A stretch of 64,000 bases of DNA, taken from contig NC_079238.1 in NCBI RefSeq assembly GCF_027921745.1, positions 4,526,001 through 4,590,000 of the forward strand, read 5' to 3'. A model generated the notes under the pieces. The model was given only the letters and a program-made list of their open reading frames with translations, had not been told where the DNA came from and did not search any database. The position numbers and the translations under genes were made by a program. Source of the stretch: Schizosaccharomyces osmophilus (lineage: Eukaryota). Numbering within the stretch: position 1 is the stretch's first letter; every line of letters begins with the position of its first letter. Below are positions 13,251 to 21,287 of the stretch, piece by piece.

Positions 13251-13345
13251 TCATATAAATGATGATATTTTCGTCTAATACATGCACCACGCTTAGACTT
13301 TGTTCTGTGCTGAAAAACAGACCCTTTAATACTGAATCATTATGA
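13251..13345 (+). ncRNA. snR40: Intronic box C/D snoRNA, snR40/SNORD32-type (guide for the 18S Gm1271 site, S. cerevisiae numbering)
   Basis: Box C ATGATGA 13259-65; guide CATGCACCAC 13281-90 complementary to 18S GUGGUGCAUG; D' CTTA 13292-95; C' GTGCTGA 13307-13; D CTGA 13332-35; terminal stem TCATA/TATGA. Lies inside intron 13218-13395 (GTAAGA..GCTAAC..TAG). Confidence 0.8.
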
Positions 13346-13503
13346 ACTTTCATAAGCCTAATGCTTGTTTTTGCACACCTGCTAACATTTTCTAGGAACG
13401 AGCTTAGTTTAATACATATACTACTATCATAGGGGTTAGTGGTTATGATCAATGATATTGTTAGTTTTCAACAAAATACAGTCGGGTACACCAGAAGTGA
13501 AGT

Positions 13504-13955
13504 TGACACGGTAAAAATTTCACACGTTATGAGAATGTAAATCAAATGGGGATGATAATAAGTACAATTACAAAACGGTCTAATGAAATTGGACTATGCT
13601 GTACTTCGAGTATAGACGCTAGTAATGTCCAGGGATCTGATTATCTAAATGAAACGACCAAATGTTAATCTTATTTTGACTGTAGACGGACGGAGATAGA
13701 TTACTTTAGCTGTCTTAGAAAAGATATATAAACTATGAACCAACAGTCGAATTCTTCAGAATGGAAGATTCGACTGGTTTGGCTAAATAAAGATCGTCTT
13801 CCCACTTTCAATTTAGTTTACCAGATCCCTGGACATTACTAGCGTCTATACTCGAAGTACAACATAGTCCAATTCACGAAAACAATCCTACTTTTGTAGT
13901 TATTATTTCCACTGGATATTTATTCTCATAACCCGTGAGAATTACTAACGTGACA
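13504..13955. repeat. Long inverted repeat / hairpin-forming element
   Basis: 13587-13639 is the reverse complement of 13822-13874 (52/53). Outer arms GTTATGAGAAT 13526-36 / ATTCTCATAAC 13922-32, with weaker similarity out to ~13504/13955. Confidence 0.95.
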
Positions 13956-14202
13956 GGTATATACACATCTTTAAAGAGGTAACATTTTTCCTTTTCTAAT
14001 AAGATTATAAGAGCTCTCTTATGATATTATATTACAATATCTCGGCCTTGACAGTGACAAGTGTATTAAGAAGGATTAAAATAAAAAGGTGTAATAATAG
14101 CTAGTAAAAGTTTTATTGCCCCATGCTAAACAGGGCAAAGTTTTATAGGATGGGAAATAATAAAAGGAAAGAAAATGAAGAGATCGTTTATCTTTTGTGT
14201 CT

Positions 14203-15920
14203 TTATTGAAGCAAACCGCAAACTTTAGCACTTAGCTCCTCTGCGGCTTTTTTGGTTTTCGCTTCTGCGTATACACTGTATGTAAATTAGCAATTTAATT
14301 CATGGAGATGACTAAATGTTTTCACTCACCGTACGGCGTCTTCTGTACCTGATGCGCGGACAAAAGATCTGCCGTTTTCATATTGAGAAACAAGATCATC
14401 AATCTTTTCTTGTAAACCAACGGGCTTGACTAAACGGCGCTCCGCGTCCTATAATAAAGGTTAATTTGGGAAATCCAAAAAGTACTTACGGTAGTAACAA
14501 AAACGGAGCGATCTGCAACTTTCACTTTTACCAACTTATTCGGCAGATCATCGTACATACTTAACCAGCCTTTGGCATCACATAATAGACTCCCTAAAAC
14601 ACTGAGAACAGCCAACAGGTCGCTAAGTGCGTCTCCAATTGCTTGGTTGATTAATTGAGAAAGTTGTAATAGCGCGACGATTGCACTTGTTTCAGTATCT
14701 GATTTCTCAGTGGGAGGGTTCCATAGCTTATGCAAACAACCTTGACTAAACAGTACAGTGCCGTGCCCGTTGGCTTCAAAATAGACTCCAATGTCGAAAT
14801 TTTTGGCTTCATGATGGAGATGCTTGACACCAGTTTTCGTACAAATAGTCAGAACCCCTAAATTCTTAAGGTAAGCAGTGGAGGAACCATTCGCATATGC
14901 GGTTTGGATTACTCCAATGCTAAGGGGAAGTCTGGATTTTTGTACGAGAATCTTTAGGAAAGAAACCAGAAGAATGCTTATTCTGTCTCCATCTAGCAAA
15001 TGGAATTTTTTTTCTTTTTCGGTAAAGTAGAAGATGATGCGATCAGCATCGCCATCAACAGAAGCGTATAATTGATTAGGAACCATTTTATCCACCAAAT
15101 TCACAGGTGGTGATTGAGTTGTTTTCACATGGTCTGCACCGCAACCATTGTTTAGATACTTGGATGTGCAGGGATCATTGTTAATGAGACGAATGTTGAT
15201 ATAATCCTTTAATCGCTTCGACAACTCTTTGAGCGGTAAAGAACCGACGCCATTCGCACAGTCGACAGTAAGCGTCGGACGGTGAAGAACTGTGAAACTG
15301 GAAAATATATTTGCATACGCATTGCACAATGAATCATAGTATAAAACTAGAGGAGGAGGATTGGAAGGAATTGAATAGCTTGAATTCTGATTGATCAATT
15401 TTACAATCCAGTGGAGTTGGGGAGTAGTGACAAACCCATAATCTTTATAAGCAGTAGAAAGCTCATCAAGGATGACCTTGGAAAGCTCTGATAGACGTGG
15501 AGAAGAAGGCCTAGTATCCATGCCGATCACTACAGTTGGTTGAAACGTAGAAGGAACAAGATATTCTTTGATTAAAAGTTCCAACTCACTCTTAGAGGTT
15601 ACATTGGCTAATTTTGTACACTTTTCTTCCCAATCCATGGATAGCATTCCTCCGTCAGCGTCTATAACTTTGACACCATTATCGCTAACAGGATTGTGAG
15701 AGGCCGTAATGATAACTAAATCTTGTTAGTTTGGTAATCTTTTTAAAAAAACATGTACCCCCCACTGTCTTTCCTCTTAATTCCAAGCTACGAAGTGCTG
15801 CTGCAGCTGTAGACCCAATAATTGCAGCATCAAGCAAGGAAGCTCTAGTATACGGTTAGATTTGTTTCAGTGATAAACATACTCAGTGCGGAATCCTGCA
15901 GTTCCATAAGAGAATTTCAT
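14203..15920 (-). CDS. Phosphoacetylglucosamine mutase (PGM3/AGM1 family), multi-exon
   Basis: [12 protein letters not shown] start, catalytic ITASHNP, metal loop [18 protein letters not shown]-terminal [18 protein letters not shown] at 14203. Several short introns. The start codon is less certain than the rest. Confidence 0.9.
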
Positions 15921-16328
15921 TTTCCCTTGTTTCCCAATAGTCGCTACGATGTTGGTATACTAAAGATTACAAACTACTAACAGGAGGTCCAAAAATAATG
16001 CCTTGCTTGGAACCCGATAAAAACGTAGTTCTTTCCCGCCGTATTATTTACTATCTGACAATAAAAATATAATCAGTTTATATATTATCAGCAGTTTTCT
16101 TTAACATCGACTGACTATACCACGAGAATTATGATTTTTTTTGTCTATTAGCTTTTGTTTATTAAGAATAAAAGTCGTAAACAAACCAGTTTGTTCGTTA
16201 TAGTGTTTAGCAATGACGCTTCATTGCATTATACGTTGTCCATAGCAAGTCGCGAATTCTACGCGTCAATAAATTCGTTTTGATTCATACAGCTAAACGG
16301 ATGGAACTCTGTGCCCATTTCGATTGCA

Positions 16329-18504
16329 ATGACAAATGAGAGACAAAATGCACCTCTTCAAGAATCAGAAAATGATACAATCCGTATATTAATCGCCTCA
16401 GATAATCATGTAGGGTTTGCTGAGAAGGATCCAGTACGCGGAAATGATTCATTCGTATCGTTTGATGAGATCCTTAGAATTGCTCGCGAAAAGGAGGTAA
16501 GTTTCTTAAATCAGTTAATATTTGATTATTTATTGGTACAGTTTGTATCTAACAATTGCAGGTTGATATGGTGCTTCTGGGAGGAGACATATTTCACGAC
16601 AACAAGCCTTCAAGAAAAGCTTTTTACCAGGCCTTGCGCTCTTTGCGGCTAAATTGTCTAGGAGATAAACCATGTGAGCTTGAACTGTTGAGCGATACTT
16701 CTGTGACAGCTGGTGATACAGCCATATGCAGTGTAAACTATGAAGATCCCAATATAAATGTTGCCATACCTGTATTTTCAATTCATGGAAATCACGATGA
16801 TCCTTCTGGAGATGGGAGATATAGTGCGCTGGACATATTACAAGTCACTGGACTCGTCAACTATTTTGGACGTGTTCCTGAAAACGACAATATATCGATT
16901 AGCCCAATCCTTTTACAAAAGGGATCTACAAAGCTTGCCTTATATGGACTTTCTAATGTTCGAGATCAACGCTTGTATCATTCATTCCGTGAGAATAAAG
17001 TAAAATTTCTACGACCTGATTTGTATCAAGACGAATGGTTCAACTTGCTAGTGGTTCACCAAAATCAGTAAGGCTTACTTTTTGCCAATTATGTTTTTTT
17101 TTATTAACAAGAATAAAGTGCTGCACATACCGAAACAAGTTATTTGCCTGAAAGTTTTATTCAAGACTTTTACGATTTCGTCTTATGGGGACACGAGCAC
17201 GAATGTATCATTGACGGAACATACAATCCAACGCAAAAATTCACCGTTGTTCAACCGGGATCTTCGGTAGCGACATCTCTGAGTCCCGGTGAAACTGTAC
17301 CAAAACATTGCGGCATTTTGCATCTTACCGGAAGAGATTTTTTTATGGAAAAAATTCGTCTTCGGACGGTTCGTCCTTTTGTCATGAAAGATATTGTGTT
17401 GTCTGAAATTCAAAGCATTCCTCCTATGGTTGACAATAAGCGAGAAGTACTCACATATCTGATCAGTCAAGTGGAGGAAGCTATAGAAGAAGCAAAGCAA
17501 CAGTGGGTGGAGGCTCAAGGAGGTGATCCTAATGTTCAAAATGAGAAGCCTCCTTTACCTTTGATTCGATTAAGGGTTGATTATACTGGTGGCTATCAAA
17601 CTGAAAACCCTCAAAGATTCTCCAATCGGTTTGTTGGAAGAGTTGCCAATGCCACGGATGTGGTTTTATTTCACCTTAAAAGAAAATATACAAGTATGAC
17701 TTGTACAAAGGTTGTAGCCATAAACTAACATGTTTGTAGGAACCAAGAAGAACAACGAAGTCGTGGACAATGTTGGTGAAGATGTTAAAATAAATGCACT
17801 GAGAGTTGAGTCATTAGTGAGTGAATATTTGAAAAAAAACCAGCTAGAGTGTTTACCTGGAAACATACTTGGTGAAGCTGTGATCAATTTTGTGGAGAAG
17901 GACGACAAGGATGCTATTAAAGAGTAAGTGTATGAGGATTTTTGTTCAAAGGTACTAACTACAATGTACTAGCTGCGTGGAAGATCACTTGAGTAAGCAG
18001 ATCAATTTGTTAGTGAAAAAGCGTGTTACAGAAGAGAATTTAGAAGAGGAGATTAAGACCTTGGTGAAAAACATACCTCAGCTCTCGACCACAAAGCGAA
18101 AAGAGTATGACTCAATGACTACGCCTGCTTCCACTAGTTTTCGGGTTAATTCCCCGGACTCGGATCTGGATGAAGACAGGCCGCTTCACACCCCGGCCCG
18201 CGTAGATGAAAATGAAGGGAAGGACGATTTTCAACCACTCACTCAGGCCGAGCCATCGAGTCAACCACCAAAAACAACTAAACCACGCATTCTTCCCGGC
18301 AGTATGTACCAAAAGTCAGCAAGCGCGAAGAGGCTATCATCGAAAAGCAGCACACCAAAGAGAGCCACAGGACGTACACAGGGAAAACGCGCTGAAAAGC
18401 CTGCTGAGAAAAGCACACAATTGATGTTCCAAGATTCGTCTAGCTCTTCACAGAAACCAGCTAGTCAATACTTGGATGACGATGATGAAATTCTGGATGA
18501 TTGA
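16329..18504 (+). CDS. mre11: Mre11 nuclease (Rad32), 5 exons
   Basis: Phosphoesterase motifs SDNHVG, GGDIFH, IHGNHDD, HQNH and WGHEH. Introns ~16497-16561, 17068-17118, ~17694-17739, ~17923-17972. Confidence 0.96.
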
Positions 18505-18728
18505 AATAAGTAGACCGTTTCATTACACGTGGAAAGACAACTTTACTGATACGAGATGAAGCAATGAACGACGCATATGGACTATACGGATCTATAAATG
18601 ACTTGTTATGACCAATTATACCAAACCTATATTACATCTTTATTTGTGTCTATTCTCTACCTAATGTTGGGGAAAACGCGATCGAATGAGTCGGTTGTCC
18701 AAAGTGTTCAGCAAGAACGAGTTGACAG

Positions 18729-18736
18729 TGTGACTG
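18729..18736 (+). promoter_or_regulatory. Homol D box (inverted orientation) of the second snoRNA host
   Basis: Perfect TGTGACTG about 100 nt upstream of the GTAAGT donor at 18833. Confidence 0.65.
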
Positions 18737-18870
18737 CTTTACTCAATAGGATCAAAAGGACGACGGATTTCATTCTTACAAGTTCATAATTTCAGTAGAT
18801 GAGGAAATTCATTTGCTAAAAGTTGTATATAGGTAAGTGAAATTTGTGTGAGACGGAAAGGAGCCATGTC

Positions 18871-18966
18871 ATCAAGGATGAGACTTAGGTATATGAAACT
18901 CTGCTACGCAACAGCAAGTGTTTATGAAATCAAATTCATAAATCCAATTGTTCCTACTGAGTTGAT
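18871..18966 (+). ncRNA. Intronic box C/D snoRNA guiding the 18S Am541 site (snR41/SNORD62-type guide)
   Basis: Box C-like AGGATGA 18875-81; 13-nt guide TCCAATTGTTCCT 18943-55 complementary to 18S AGGAACAAUUGGA; box D CTGA 18957-60; terminal ATCA/TGAT stem. Lies in intron 18833-19029 (GTAAGT..TACTAAC..TAG). Confidence 0.82.
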
Positions 18967-20103
18967 TTGGTTTCTAAAAATTATTTTGATCTTATGATGT
19001 GAAAACATGTACTAACTTGTTGGCTTTAGGATATAAAAGGTAAAGAAGCTTGCGTATGAAAATTCAATTCATTTTATTAAAGGATTTCCAATGGTTGATT
19101 TAGATATGCTATTTGTTATAATCAAAATCGCTTAAACGTGTCAAACATAAAAGATTCTAAACAAGAACTTTCAAAAAAAAGGTATTGAAAGACAGCCAGA
19201 AAGCTTCAAAGCCAGGTTGTGTAAAGAAGGGGCATTAGGTCAACGTTGACGACTTTGTATGATACATTGAAATGAAAAAACCATGGTAATATGAATGATT
19301 GGATGAAAAGGAAACGCTATGAAACATTCCCAAATGAAAAGCCTGAAAAGACCTCAAATGAAAACCGTTAAACCACAAGAGATGAAAGAAGGATCCACCA
19401 TGGACAGTGATGCCTCCTTCAAATGAGTCAGTCATCCTACCTTGTCGAATTGCTGGTTCTGCATTTTGGACTAGGATACCATCTTGCTGACCTTTTTTTC
19501 TCACTCTGACCGCGGGCTGACTCTACTTAGTTTATTTGGCATTGTTTAGCGAATTCGTGCTTTCCCCAATTACGACCGTATCTGATAAAACCTCCTACGC
19601 AAACCATGAAACTCTTCGTCATGCCTTATCCATATTGATAATCAATCGCTTTGTAGGCACATCGTTTCAATCCGTGATCGTGCAAATGGCACCATATTGC
19701 CCACGACGGTAACTACGAGGCTTGATGATTGTTAAGTTTACCAAAGAAGGCTAGCCTATGAAGTTTGACACATAATCATTGACCACATCGAGCGATCAAA
19801 CACCAACATTGCAAAGTAAAGCCTTGTATCTTTCCGTTGTGTATTTCTCTTTTTTCCCTCAGACATTTTATCAGCTTCAGTTGTACAGTACATACCCCTT
19901 CTGATCCTTTCCCTCCATATCAAAGTTCATTTTGACGGAAACAAAGTTAACTTATCCCATCTTCCCTCTTGTACTTCTCAACACTGTTTACCGGTTGCAA
20001 CTACCGTTGTTTGTTTTCCTTCTACGAAAATCTGAATCTGAAATTTGACTCAGGTCGTCATCCTCTTTGAACTCATTTCCTTCGCGTCAATGCATCGTAC
20101 TCT

Positions 20104-20129
20104 CTCATTCTCATTCTCATTCTCATTCT
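20104..20129. repeat. (CATTCT)n microsatellite upstream of fep1
   Basis: ctcattctcattctcattctcattct, about 4 units. Confidence 0.85.
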
Positions 20130-21287
20130 TGTCTCTTTCGAATACCTTGCCCTTTTTTTGTTCCCTTCCTTTTTTGAAGCGAAGCGAGCACTCCCTGCCT
20201 TAGATTACCCTTGTTACCCAGACGTTACCTCGAATTATCAACCAGCTGATTGGACCGCACTATGCGGTATTCCTTGGCTATTTTAATCAGTTTCATCCTC
20301 TCTCTATCTAAGCTTTACCATTTGCAAACAGCAACATTGAGAACTCTTCTTTAACCAAGTTTCTTTAAGAAAATTCATAGAAGAATCTTTAGAATTCTGG
20401 AAACATTCGTTTCCTGCTAAACTCGGGATTTTGTAGTGCGAATTTTCCTTGGCGAATTTATCTAGTTGTCGGAAACAGCAAGATTCCAAGCATAACCGTG
20501 AATAATCAAGGTGGTGCGTACATTCCTGTTGACTATTGCTTAGCTACGGCTCGTTCGACTCAGGTAGCTGCTTGAAACGGTGCCTGAAAAGACATTGATA
20601 TAGAGGCAATTTTTTACCTAGAAAAATTCAGGTTTTGAAAGCAAGCAAAGGTACTTTTTATATTTATTGAATCAGTTCTTTTTGTTTGGTATTTCTTTTT
20701 TGAAACTTTGCTGTTTTATTCTCAATATCCGTTTTGTTTTATTTATCTTTGTCTCCACAGTAGAATTGATTGTTTTCTTGTTGATACAATCAAACTGTTT
20801 GACGCTTCAATTTTTTTTTTTTTTATTTTGCTTTGAAAAGAACTTTTTCATTTCTTTTACAGCACGTCTTGTCTTCTTGATTAGACCAAATTAACCTTTT
20901 TGTGTCGTTTTTGTCTTACAACCATTGCGGTTTTCTTTTTGAGAAAGAATCGTTTGTCGTTTTAGAATATCTTTGATTACTACAATTCTTGAAACGTTTT
21001 GTCCTCCCTCCTTGTTTGTTTGGTTTTTTATCGTAATTTTTTCATTTCTCGTTTGACTTTTGGAATTGACTTTTCTTTTTGCAGATAAATTTTTCTAAAT
21101 TCTGTTTGTGTGTACACCGTCTCTTTCATTGTTCTCTTCTGTTTTTGTGATCCTGCATTGACAACCTTTCTACTGTCAACTTGTATCACTTTTTCCTGAT
21201 TTTATTAATTTTTAAGTTTCTTTCTATATCATATTTTACATTCTTGTTGAAACATCTTGTTATTTATTAACGTTTGCATAAGTGAAA

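Noticed and set aside
13240..13452. 70-aa minus-strand ORF
   Set aside because: Non-ATG start and antisense to the snoRNA intron; explained as a chance ORF.
13546..13668. 40-codon ORF MGMIISTITK...GLCCTSS in the left arm (myristoylation-like start)
   Set aside because: The same frame in the right-arm copy has an in-frame TGA just before the core. The ORF is short with no recognisable homology.
13504..13955. Inverted repeat as telomerase RNA, SRP RNA, 5S rDNA or a MITE/LTR
   Set aside because: No telomere template or Sm site seen and no resemblance to recalled SRP or 5S sequences. Identity is highest internally rather than at the termini, with no evident target-site duplication, unlike a MITE. 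LTRs are direct repeats.
16301..16339. Out-of-frame upstream ATG overlapping the mre11 start
   Set aside because: It may lie upstream of the TSS, and there is no independent support for its use.
18598..18789. 63-aa ORF downstream of mre11
   Set aside because: It overlaps the mre11 3' region and the Homol D promoter of the snoRNA host, and has no protein-like motifs.
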